Assembly: GCF_006345805.1 (NCBI RefSeq)
Contig: NC_043009.1
Span: forward strand, 16,058,001-16,122,000
Direction: 5' to 3'
Origin: Octopus sinensis
Lineage: Eukaryota
Length of the DNA stretch: 64,000 nt
The notes under the pieces were generated by a model. The model did not search any database, had not been told where the DNA came from, and was given only the letters and a program-made list of their open reading frames with translations. Made by a program: the position numbers and the translations under genes. The number at the start of each line of letters is the position of its first letter. Within the stretch, counting starts at the first letter, position 1. Below, in pieces: positions 27,075 to 38,509 of this stretch.

Positions 27075-27440
27075 TATATATATGTCTATGTCCCTTGGCT
27101 ACTGGTATTAGGTTAGGACAATCAAGTCAGAATTACGTGTTCACGATTGTCTGTTTATCTCCAGAATGTAATCTATCTGTTTCGGTAACGGTATGTCAAG
27201 TTTGAAGAAATTCTTGTTACTTGAAATTATCTACCATTTCATATGGGTTGTTGCCAATATACAATTAGGTAATTATGACATATCGTCAAAGGATGTGAGT
27301 AATTTTAATAAAGAGCGAATTTTTACTGAATCATATACACCTCTAATTCTCTGTGGTTCATGTAGACGTCAGTGGCAACTCTGAGTTAGGTCTTTTAGCT
27401 TGTGTTTGTTTATTATACCTATATGTGTCTGTGTACGTAA

Positions 27441-27478
<38 letters not shown>

Positions 27479-27554
27479 AAAATTTATTGGAAAAAGGACG
27501 CAATAATTATGCACCAATCTAATATATTACGGAGATGTACTTGCATAGCAAATG

Positions 27555-27720
27555 ACTTCATCTGAGATCGCGTGCTGAAACAAAAACAATTGCAGCGTGC
27601 AAGGTGTTTATAAGCCACTTAAAAGCACACAAAAACCGTTAGATTCACTTCAACTTTTAATCTAATTTGCCAAAATATTTTGTCGCTTTGAGACCGCGAC
27701 CTGTTCACTGACAAAATCTA
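27555..27720 (-). repeat. PLE-terminus-like module with a degenerate hammerhead-like fold (27666-27715)
   Basis: Minus strand tttgtca GTGAACA g gtcgc-ggtctcaaa-gcgac AAAATATT T tggcaaa. Stems I and II and a palindromic stem III are present. Confidence 0.45.
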
Positions 27721-28340
27721 AAGGTTTTGTGTGTTTTTTGTCACCTGGACATCAATGTTTTGATACTAACCTATTTTCCATTACATTTCAGACAGATTCA
27801 GCTCTGAGTTGCTGAAGCAGAAATATCATTATAGCGAATATTCTGCCCAATACCACAGACTTGTTTGTTATTTGCTTGATCTTAGCCTGTCCCTTAGTGG
27901 CTGAAAATATGTACATCAAGGAGAGCATCATAGCCATGCATTGAGAGGAATTCTTACGGGTTTGAATAAATGTAACAAAAGCGAAATTTGAAGGAAATAT
28001 TAACCATTTTTCATAATTTCTACGGGTAAGCAATAGGGAATAACAGTTGCTACACAAGGTCAGGAATCGTGTCACACATAGTTATCATTGTTGTTATCGA
28101 AATTCCAACAATGCAGTTATGGTTTCATTGCAGTCATCCATCACTCTTCTTTTAGAAAGAATATTTACAAATTATGTACAAAAAATAAGACACAGATACA
28201 CACACAGACACAAATTCTCTCACCACTCATTTTTATGTGATTACTTATTTGCACTTCTTCAAATCCCATCTCATCGCTTTTTAACATATTCTTCTTGTAA
28301 TGGTGCCTGATGATAAACAAATTATGGGAAGAAAATAGTG

Positions 28341-28409
28341 ACACACAGTGGGACTGAACCCGGAATTATGTGGTTGGGAAACAAGCTTCTTATCACACAG
28401 CCTGCGCCT
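28341..28409 (-). mobile_element. Family B SINE head fragment
   Basis: cagtgggactgaacccggaattatgtggttgggaaacaagcttcttatcacacagcctgcgcc. Confidence 0.75.
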
Positions 28410-29988
28410 ATGCATACATACAACATACATGTATTAATCGCTAGGTTATTTAACCCTTTTTTTAATTCTTTTTCTATATCATATCATTCTTTTTAGCTTA
28501 AAATTGTACTTACACATTTCAAATTTACTCTTTCGTTCAGCTTGTAGGCATAGTCTTCATTTAATAAATTCACTTTCGATAAGTATTATTTGTTTCCTTT
28601 AATATCTTTATTACATACACTTTTTCAGAACATGCTACACTATTTCTAATTTATCACATACGAGTTAATAATATACTCACATTGATAGCCTCCACTTTTT
28701 TTTTCTAGATTTACATGATACATTTTAGAGTACTTCTTGAATAACATTAATAAATTGTATGGCTTCAGCAGCTTTACATCAATGATTTATATATCTCCGA
28801 GGAATTACGCTCGATATTCTGATTCAAATAATTTCATGCACGGAAAAATGTTTTAAACATTAAAATATTGCATATCTATACAAAATACCGTTGCTATAGC
28901 TTCTTAGCTCTTGTCTGAAAAATTAGTTGTTTTCTATATTAATTTAAATTGATTTAACTAAAATTTAAAGTCTCAGATCATCCATCTTGTGTTTTTCTCG
29001 CACAACTTGTTATTCATTCAGACGCCGCATATTCTGAGCTCCTCCTTTGTATTCGATATCAATTTCGATTATCGTCATTTTCTAAAATCTTTCTTACTCT
29101 TATCATTCTAATTGTTATTCTTGTTCTTGCTAGTAGTAGTAGTAGTAGTACTAGTAGTAGTCTGATTAGGCTTTTCATCGAATCTATCATTTACTACTTA
29201 ACGTTGTTGAAATTTCTTTCTGAGAGAAATAATACTGTGAATTATAAACTATGTGTGTGTTTGTTTGTATGTGTGTGTGTGTGTGTGCGTGCGCGTGTGT
29301 GCGCAAGCGCGCTTGTTTAATGAGTGCATATCATAATTTCGCTCAAAGTGAACTTTATATATTTGACTTCAGTTGAGCATGCAGTGAGTAACCTCAATGA
29401 ATATAAAAGAACGGAGTTGCGTAGTCAATACCATTTTTGTACAGGTGTAAATGCTATAAGAAAAATTGCCCATTGACTTAAGTGGCCATAGTATTTCAAT
29501 AAAGGATATGTTTATTGCGGAAGGCATAGGCGCACTCAGCTCTAAATGCAATACCTCTTTCATCAGGAACAGCTCTCACTCTCTCTCCCTCTCTCTCTTC
29601 CTCTCCTTTTCTATCTCTCCCTCTCTCTTTATATATATATATATATACATACATACATACATATACTAGTATATATTAGTATATAGGTATATAGGTAGGC
29701 CGACAAATAGATGGATAATTTAATAAAATAAATATAAATGTGTATGTATGTATTGATATAAATATATATTACATATAAATATATATATATATTATATATA
29801 TATACAGGGAGAGAGAGAAAGAGAGAGAGGTGAGTGAATTATATATAAATTTCTTTCTATCTATAATGAGAGTCGCCATACATTAAGATAAATGTATGTA
29901 TGTATGTACGTATATATTATATATATATTACATATATATATACAGAAACAAACACGCATACATACATTTATATATATATATATATAAT

Positions 29989-30030
<42 letters not shown>

Positions 30031-30393
30031 ATATATATATGTAGGAGGGTGAGTGTGTCTGTATGTGTGTATGCATTAATGTATGTATACATGCATGCAT
30101 GCATGCATATATGTTTATATGAATGGATATGTGTCTATCTAAGTATATATGTGAGTTTGTATATATACATATCCGTGTGTGTGTGTGGAGGAGTCTATCA
30201 ATAATAACAGTGCAGCAAAACGGTGGTTGCCCCAGCATGGCCGCAGCTTTGACCTGAAACCGATAAAACATAAAAGCTAAAAGATATATATATATTATTG
30301 CGGAAGACATAGGCGCACTCTTTCATCTGGAACAGCTCTCCCCCCCTCTCGCTCTCTCTCTCTCTCTCTACTTGTCTCTAGATACACACACAG

Positions 30394-30427
<34 letters not shown>

Positions 30428-30590
30428 TACCATACAGATCGACATACGTATATATATATTATATATATATATATATATATACAATTATGCATCTATGTGT
30501 ACATGCATGTATGTATTTATATATGTATGAGTGTATGCATATACGTATGCGCACATATATGTATGCACACATGTATGTGTCTATGTATGT

Positions 30591-32990
30591 ATACTTGCTA
30601 CAGCCGTAAAAGTTTTATCACAAATAATGTTGGCCCTGCTGCAAATATATGTGACTAAGGAGATTCTTCCTGAATCACAGAGTGGATTCAGAAATGGTAG
30701 GGTTACTGTTGACATGATCTTCTCTGCATGGCAGTTACAGGAAAAGTGTGTGGAACAGCAAATAGGACTTTATCCGGTCCTAGCAGCTAAGCCCGGTTTC
30801 ACCCAGTCTGTTTGGATGATGTGGCTGTGATCGTTTTCGATTAGGCATAATCTATAACAGCGTTTCTCAACTTTATTATTTCGGGTCCCCTGTTTCGATT
30901 GGAGCCTCCCCACTTGTTAGAAAACTGCTTCAGGAGTTGTGAAGAAAGAATTTATAGATTCTGTTTCTGGGAACTATTCTATTGGACCTCTGTCCAATCA
31001 TTAAAACATCGATTTAATTATGAACATAGAAAGAAATTATACACTAATCCCTATTTTTGTAAGCAGTTGTATTCGTAAAAAAATTATTTGCAGAGAGCAG
31101 AAATTGAAAGAATATATATGAAAAGGGTGTGTGTGTGTGAATGTTTGTGGGGGGGATCGTGAGCGCGTGTGTGTGCGTGCCTCTGTGCTTGCGCGTGTGT
31201 ATGTGAGAGAGAAAGAGGGTAATAAAGAGCAATTGAGTGAGTGAAGGTGTGTCGTGATGATTGACGTATTTTAAGGTAAGCCACACAAAGAGGTGAAGGA
31301 AGAGAGACAGCATAACGAAAGTTTTGGCTGACTGTCATCCTGTACTCCCCTTGTTGGTAGCGAAATGATATATACCGGCTGAGTGAGCAACTGGTTGTTT
31401 TAATGGCGGAACAAACAGGGGAATTCCATTAGAACATTTTAAATCGATTCTCTCTAAGTATGGGGACTAAGGAAAAAATACTAACCGCATTCCAATGTAT
31501 ACACCCCGTCTCCACATGTGTGCCGTTTTTCACGCGAATCCACCCAGCCATTTGGCTGTGAACCGCAAGACAAGAAAGAATACAACGATCGCCCATGTCC
31601 AATTTATATTAAAGATTCATTGACCTTACTAACGCTTTTGTTTCTGTCAATCCAACTACCTTGTGGGAGATCTTGAGTTATAGCTGTCCGGTAAAGTTTC
31701 TCACTATTCTGAAACAGCTTCATTGGTGGAAAGCTCTTGGTGCCTATCTCTGTCATGAATGGAGTAAAACAAGGTGACTTACTAGCATCCACTCTCTTCA
31801 GCCTCTATGTTACTATAGCTTTGTCAATTGACCTTCAAAGAATTCTATGAAGGCATATATATCAGATATCGCACAACAGGAAAAACTTTAACATCAGAAG
31901 ATTGTCAGCTAAGATAAGGACGTCCTCAACCCTTATTAGAGGTCTCCCCTATGCAGAAGAGGACATGCAAAATCTTATGAATGCAATTTCAATGATTTGT
32001 GTAGGGACTTGGCTTAACCATAAACCCAACCAAAACTGTTGTCATGTTTCAACCAGCACCAAGAATGCCATGCATAGAGCCTGGTATCTTCGTGTATGGA
32101 AGAAAACTTGCTGTCGTTTCTAAGTTTGTTTACTTAGGAAGCAGATTAAACATATCAGCGAATTTTGATGAAGTGTCACTACGCATTCAGAAAGCCAGTC
32201 TTGGTTATGGCAAACTGGAAGACCGCCTATGACCTAGACATTGTATTTCCACTGCGACAAAGATTTAGGTATACAATACATGTATCTTAACCTCTTTATT
32301 GTATGCCTACGAAATCTGGACTGTATATCGTAAGCACTTAAAACTTATGGAACGTTTTCATCAACAAGGTCTCAGAAGGATTCCGAGGATCAGCTGGAAA
32401 ATGTTTGAGTGACGATGAGGTGCTTGGAAGAAGGGAATGCTTCAGTACTGAAGCTTTGCAATTGCAATACAAATTGAGATGGAGCGGACGCTGAGTTAGA
32501 ATGACAGACAAGAGAATGCGTAAATAGCTTCTTTTACGGAGAATTGGTGACAGGTAAGCGTCTATCTCATAAACCAAAGATGAGGTTGTCTGAAGTCAGG
32601 ATTGAATAAGATAAATGTTCTAAATGACAACTGAGATTTAACACATTGCCGAGAAAAATAGAACACAGTTATGTATAAAGGTAAAAATGAATTTGAAAGG
32701 AAGAAAATGGAGCATGCAAAATCAAAAGAAAGATGAGAAAAAGTGACAGGTTTGATGTTCAAACAAACATTAATGAACGTGATGATGTTACATGTGATGA
32801 ATGTGGAAAGATTTGTCTTAGTAAGGCTGGGCTAATGAACCATATGAAATCACACATTGCACAACCGCACATTGGTTATAGATGGACAGATGATTTCCAA
32901 TGCATATTCCATCATAAAGTATATAGATCAAAAAGTGGCTTGAAAAGGCAAAGTTCATGGAGCTGTAAACTATACGATCACCAACTTTTC
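30591..32990 (+). mobile_element. RTE-clade LINE fossil split by an ~830-bp insertion (~30776-31610), with a C-terminal C2H2 motif
   Basis: LPESQSGFRNGRVTVDMIFSAWQLQEKCVEQQIGLY | RFIDLTNAF, NGVKQGDLLASTLFSLY, LPYAEED, FVYLGSRL, RIQKASLGYGKL, LLYAYEIWTVYRKH, CDECGKICLSKAGLMNHMKSH. Confidence 0.9.
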
Positions 32991-34275
32991 TCGAGCTAAT
33001 TATCAAAAATCATGCAAGTCTTTGGCAGGCCTTAAAAAGCCATATTTGTGCAGCTCATCGATGATATTCAAGGGCATGAAGAAATCATGCAATGGTTCTA
33101 CTCGAAATCGAGTTGGCAACCATCATGTATGTATGTATGTATGGATGTATGTATGTATGTATGTATGTATGTATGGGTGAATGGATGGATGGATAGATGG
33201 ATGGATGGACGGATGTATGGATGGATGGATGGATGGATGGATGGACGGAGGGACGGACAGATGTATGTTTGCAAGGTGTTGTTTAAATACAAAAGACGGA
33301 ACTCACAAGTAATTTCGTGTAAATCTACTGTCTACTATACAACTTGTAATTCTGTATTAGATGGAATTCTACTTGCGTAGACTAACACTCCATTATTCTC
33401 TTCTTGGGAACTCATATTTTCATTGTGTTGCCGGATGCAATTTTACGCATTGTGATGCCAAAAAGTTGTAGGAATCTGTTGAAAAACAAGAATACGAATG
33501 GATCGTTTCTGCGATACAACTTTGTCGAAGAAATCTCCAGCAATGGAATACTAATTACCGGAAGCAACTATTCGATTCCCAAATAATGTAGGAAAGTATC
33601 TCTGCAAATTATGTTTATTATATCTTTTGTGACCCATAATTATTTTATATTATATGTATCATTATTTTCATTTCTCTCCTATTTTAGTTTGATTTTTTTA
33701 TTTTCCTAAATTTTGATCGAATAAAAAGTAAGCATTCTTGTACAAGAATTATCGAAGAGTCTTTAATGCGATGCGTTTAAATGATTTTTTTTTCTTGAGT
33801 TTTGTGATGTATTTAAGCTGCTTTATGTAACTGAACCAATAAAAGATTCATTTAAATCCATGATACTCATGAAACTAGAAACTGCTTGAGAGACAATGGG
33901 AGATAGAGAAAGAAACTATAAAGTTTGCTATTTACCTTGTGTTTAATGGACAGAAAATAAGAACATGGATAAAAAGAAAGGAAGTATAGGATTTTTTTTA
34001 TCAATAGAATGTTCATAGCTATATAGTCAGACATGACAAGTATTTTATATATATATATATATATATACACATACATATACATGCATGCGTGTGTGAAAGT
34101 GTGTGTATATATTAGTACATACATCCGTGTGCTTGCATATATGTGTTTGTGTGTGAGTGTGTGTATGTGTGTGTGTTTGTTTGTGTGTATGTAAGTTATG
34201 GATATATATATATCTGGATATATAGTTATATATTGTAAAGTGGATTGAGACAGAGAGACAGATAGACAGACATAC

Positions 34276-34334
<59 letters not shown>

Positions 34335-34355
34335 CAGACAGATAGATAGACAGAC

Positions 34356-34405
<50 letters not shown>

Positions 34406-34956
34406 CAAGAGGTATATCAAGCTAGTGGCTAATAAAAAACCTACCAGGATAGATTGATGGATGAATGAATGGATGGATGAATATAGTGTTGGAGGCATAT
34501 ATTAAGTGATTGAGTGTAATCGGTAGAAAAGGAAAAATTGAAACGAAAGGGAAAGAAAGGCAAAATAAAGAAAGAAATGGGGAAGATAGAGATATTAAAT
34601 GTATAGGTGAATGAACAACTTGCATGAATCTGAAGCTGGGTGAATAAATTATTGAATGCATAAGATGAAGGATGATTGAGTAATAAGGTAAAAGAATGAA
34701 TAATATTGACTTAATGAGTAAAGGAATAAGTAAATTTTCAAAAGTATGAACTTATAAGATTGGCGAAGATACGCAAGAAGAAAAGAGATACGAATGAGAG
34801 AAGAGGATAACTGAGAAAATATACAAAGAAAATATATATAGAATGTAGTTAAATGAAAATGTACACCTGTGTATATGTATGTGTCTGTGAAATATACACA
34901 TGAGTATATGAGTACATGTGTGTGTGTGTGTGTGTGCATGTGTGTCCATATATATG

Positions 34957-35020
<64 letters not shown>

Positions 35021-35023
35021 ATG

Positions 35024-36246
35024 CACGGTACGTAATATATTTGAGGACAGATTTATGTTTATAAAAAAAACATATATAATAACAGATAACTTTATTTATC
35101 AAAAAATGCTTTGAGGATAAAAATAAACCTTTTCTATAATGCTATTCAATAAAGCCACCTTCAGCTTCAACTACTGCTTCTATGTCAGATCCAAATCATC
35201 TTCATGCTCGAATCAAGTGGTCCGGTTTCATTTTGGACATTACTCTGACTATGGCAGCTTTCAAAGAATCTTTGGTGTTATGGGCATGTTCATTGAACCC
35301 AAAAACGCTCCACATGTAATAATCAATGGACTGAGATCTGGGGAATTAAGAGGCCATATGTTAGGGGTTATATGATCATGAAAATTTTCAGCCATCCATT
35401 TCTGTTTTACTATGTGTGATAGTGCAGTGTATTACTGAAACGCATATGGCCTTCCATTGCATACAATGTCTATCCGGGGCTTAACAATTGTTCCCAGGTC
35501 AACAATGTAGGCGGCAGAGTTAACTCTAAGGCTTTCTGGAAAGAAGGAAGGTGGCATCACGCCCTTCATTGCTGACAACCCATAAAACCTTGACAGTTGC
35601 CGGAAATTTTGTATGCATAACACTTGGAACTTAAATTCAGAAGGGTCTACACATAAACATCTGTCATTTCTTCTGGTCGAAGTTTTTCTCGTTTGAGGAA
35701 AACCAAATCAAATCTTCTTCTGTTGGTTTTTTTCGGTTTGTTTAAGAACCTTTCAGATCGGATCTAGCGATTTTCTTTTGCTTTTTCTGACAAATAGACC
35801 TTTCCTCATCATGTAAGACTTATATCTGATGCCTTCGGGGAAAACATTTCTGACTGTTCTTTCTGACACATGAAGATCTTTTGCAATTGGCCTCATGGAC
35901 TTTCTGAGATTGTAATCAATCGTCTGTTGAACTTGCCGGATAAATTCAAGTGTTCTGAAGATTTCAGAGAGTGTAGAATGTGTTTTATGCTTTGATATTG
36001 GTGATACATTTCCATCTTCAGTCTATAGCTCCTTACAAATTTTGTAGACGAAAGATCTGGCAACTTTAAAAAATCTAAATCGCTATGTTCAACCTTTATA
36101 TCTACAATAACAGCATGCCTCTTCATTTCGTGAGTAGGCTTAGGGTCTGCCATTATTATATTTTGAAACAAATATTATACAGAGTTAGCAAAAATGCAGC
36201 AATAACCCCAAAATAGTATGTCCTCAAATAAAAAAAACGCACCCTG
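35024..36246 (-). mobile_element. DD37D (maT)-like Tc1/mariner transposon, near full length, decayed; transposase remnant 35142-36153
   Basis: MADPKPTHEMKRHAVI...RKSMRPIAKDLHVSERTVRN...IRYKSY...MPPSFFP...GRPYAFQ...WMAENFHDHITPNIWPLNSPDLSPL...EAVVEAEGGFIE*. Right terminus (minus strand) TA CAGGGTGCG...ATTTGAGGACA; degenerate left copy cacggtacg...atttgaggaca at 35024. Confidence 0.85.
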
Positions 36247-36435
36247 TATAAGTGCTAATTTGGTATGCGATCTCTCTGCCATGAAACTGATTTGGTGTGC
36301 GATCTACACTTTATATTGTGATCTACAACAGGAAAACTCATACTTATCAAGAAGTAATAAAACACCTGTATCGGTTTCCAGAGAATGTCTTGTTAGGCAG
36401 TATGAAGCATAAGTGGAATGTATGTTCGAATGCCA

Positions 36436-37893
36436 AAGTTCTGGTTCTGCTATCTCAATGTTAATCTATCTCAATGTTAATGAAATTCGTGCACATGGTA
36501 GATTATGGTATATTTCACATTAGTTTTAATATACATGAGTTTTAATATCTGGCTGCCCCTCCTTCAGTATCAATTACTGCTTTTATACGGTTAGGCATTG
36601 AATCAACTGGTTTCTTGTAAGTACTAGGAGCAATTTTACTCTAATCTTCTCTCAACTTTTGGTACAAATGCTCTTTATTTTTAATTGATGTGTTCCTGAT
36701 AGCTTCACCAAAAGTTCCCCATAGTTGTTCAATCCGATTTAGATCTGGACTTTGAGCTGACAAGTCTACGGGAACAATACTCTGTGTCTCACACCATCGA
36801 GGAGTATTCTTTGCTGTATGACATGCAGCGTTGTTCTGTAACACTGTTTTTCGACACTGCTGGATGCAATTTAGCAAGTGATGGCTCTAAAACATCTGAT
36901 AACATAGAAACATAGATAGCATCATTAAACCACCCCCATGTTTTACAGTTGGTACCAGACATTCAGCCTCAAATGCTTCCCCAACTCTGCGATGCACAAA
37001 AGTTGCACCAGGTGTACCGAAAACCTGAGTAAAAACATGAAAAATAATATTAGCTTTATGTTGGATACTTTTTTTATATATATTTTGGGCAAAAAAACCA
37101 GTTACATTAAGTTTATATGTTGATTGAATACATGTACTATCTCGTCTCATAGTTACTTTCATCAGATCATATGACTTTTGACCATTGCTCACTGGTCCAA
37201 TTTGAATGATTTTTGGCCCACTGAAGACGTTTTTCCATATTTGCTTCAGAAACCCACGGCTTCTTCCTGGCTTTACATCCTTTCAGACTGTACTCTACAA
37301 GCCTTCTTCTAACAGTTCTAGTTGATATTTGTGAAGTACTAGCCTTGTTGAAGTCCGCACAGAGCTCTGACGATGTTTTTCTTCTGTTTCTGAGCGACTG
37401 ACTGATGTTGGAGCCGACATCTGCCTGTTCTTTGTTTGGTCTTCACATCTTCTGTCTCTCTGAAGTGCTTGAAAGTCGTTTGCACCGCACATCGAGAACA
37501 TTTCCTCTTCTAAGCAATTTCCCTTTGAGACATTCCATCTTTATGATGATCTACGATTAGACCTTGCTCAAACAACATTCAACTCCCTTGTTTTAGGCAT
37601 TTTACTGTGTATTAACTGTATCTACAATGTATTTTAGCATAAAACTCAAGGAAACTCAAGGATTTAATCAAGGAAACCTAAGTTAATTTTGGACGTTGGT
37701 CTTACTCATAATTGGTTGCATGTGTACAGTACAGTATAAAAGGGGTAATTGATGCTAAAAGTGGGTCAACCAGATTTTAAAACTAATGCATATTATGAAA
37801 TATACCATAATGTACCGTGTGCACGAGTTCATTAGCATTGAGATAGCAGAACCCCAAAACATTGGGGTTGCCTAATACTTTTGATCAACGCTG
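36436..37893 (-). mobile_element. Tc1 transposon with long TIRs, decayed; transposase remnant 36542-37600
   Basis: MPKTREL..., CLVPTVKHGGGLM, QNNAACHTAK, AQSPDLNRIEQLWG, SMPNRIKAVIDTEGGAARY*. Right end (minus strand) TA CAGCGTTGATCAAAAGTATTAGGC. ~36445-36555 is the inverted copy of ~37765-37850; the outer left TIR is lost. Confidence 0.9.
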
Positions 37894-37934
37894 TAGATCA
37901 CGTTGTCTACTTAGATCGCATACCAAATTTAGCA

Positions 37935-37977
<43 letters not shown>

Positions 37978-38027
37978 TTATATACATATATATATGTGTG
38001 TGTGTGTGTGACCACGTGTGTACTGTT

Positions 38028-38212
38028 GGCGATTCTTTTCTTCCGTCTTCCCTTCCTTGGATTTTTCTTTTCCTATGTTTTGACGAAGAGCTCCGCTCGA
38101 AACGTTGAATCATCCTTCTTTCTTTCCTTTCCTGAGCGTCAAATAACACTATACTTGTTCCACGTCCTCGCGTTGTTATGTTTTGTCTTTGTGTTTTCAT
38201 GTTTGGATTAAC
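38028..38212 (+). repeat. PLE-terminus-like module with a hammerhead-like motif (38075-38113), flanked by (TG)/(TA) tracts
   Basis: TTGACGA a gagc-tcc-gctc GAAA CGTT. Stem I is weak in this copy. Confidence 0.55.
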
Positions 38213-38289
38213 TATATATATATATTGATCAAAATGGTAAAATAACAAAAGAATGAAAGATACCTCGATATTATGTAACTAGAAGAATT

Positions 38290-38449
38290 TATCTGTAAAT
38301 GTAATATGTGACAATTATTCGGTAGCAATGATAAAACTCCGCCGATGGCCGGATAACTGAAGAGATGGCGGCGTGGATTTCCACCTCGACATCCGAAACT
38401 CGGAGTTTTATCATGGCTACCGAATAATTGTGACATATTACATTTACAG

Positions 38450-38452
<3 letters not shown>
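38290..38452 (+). repeat. 52-bp inverted repeat enclosing and overlapping a type-I hammerhead motif (38352-38412)
   Basis: Arms 38290-38341 and 38401-38452 match at 50/52. gataa CTGAAGA gatg...catc c GAAA ctc-g-gagt T ttatc. Confidence 0.8.

Positions 38453-38509
<57 letters not shown>

Noticed and set aside
29517-30345. CTGATGA on the minus strand (~29562) as another hammerhead
   Set aside because: No GAAA or stems follow. It is just a short local duplication (~29517-29580 and ~30300-30340).
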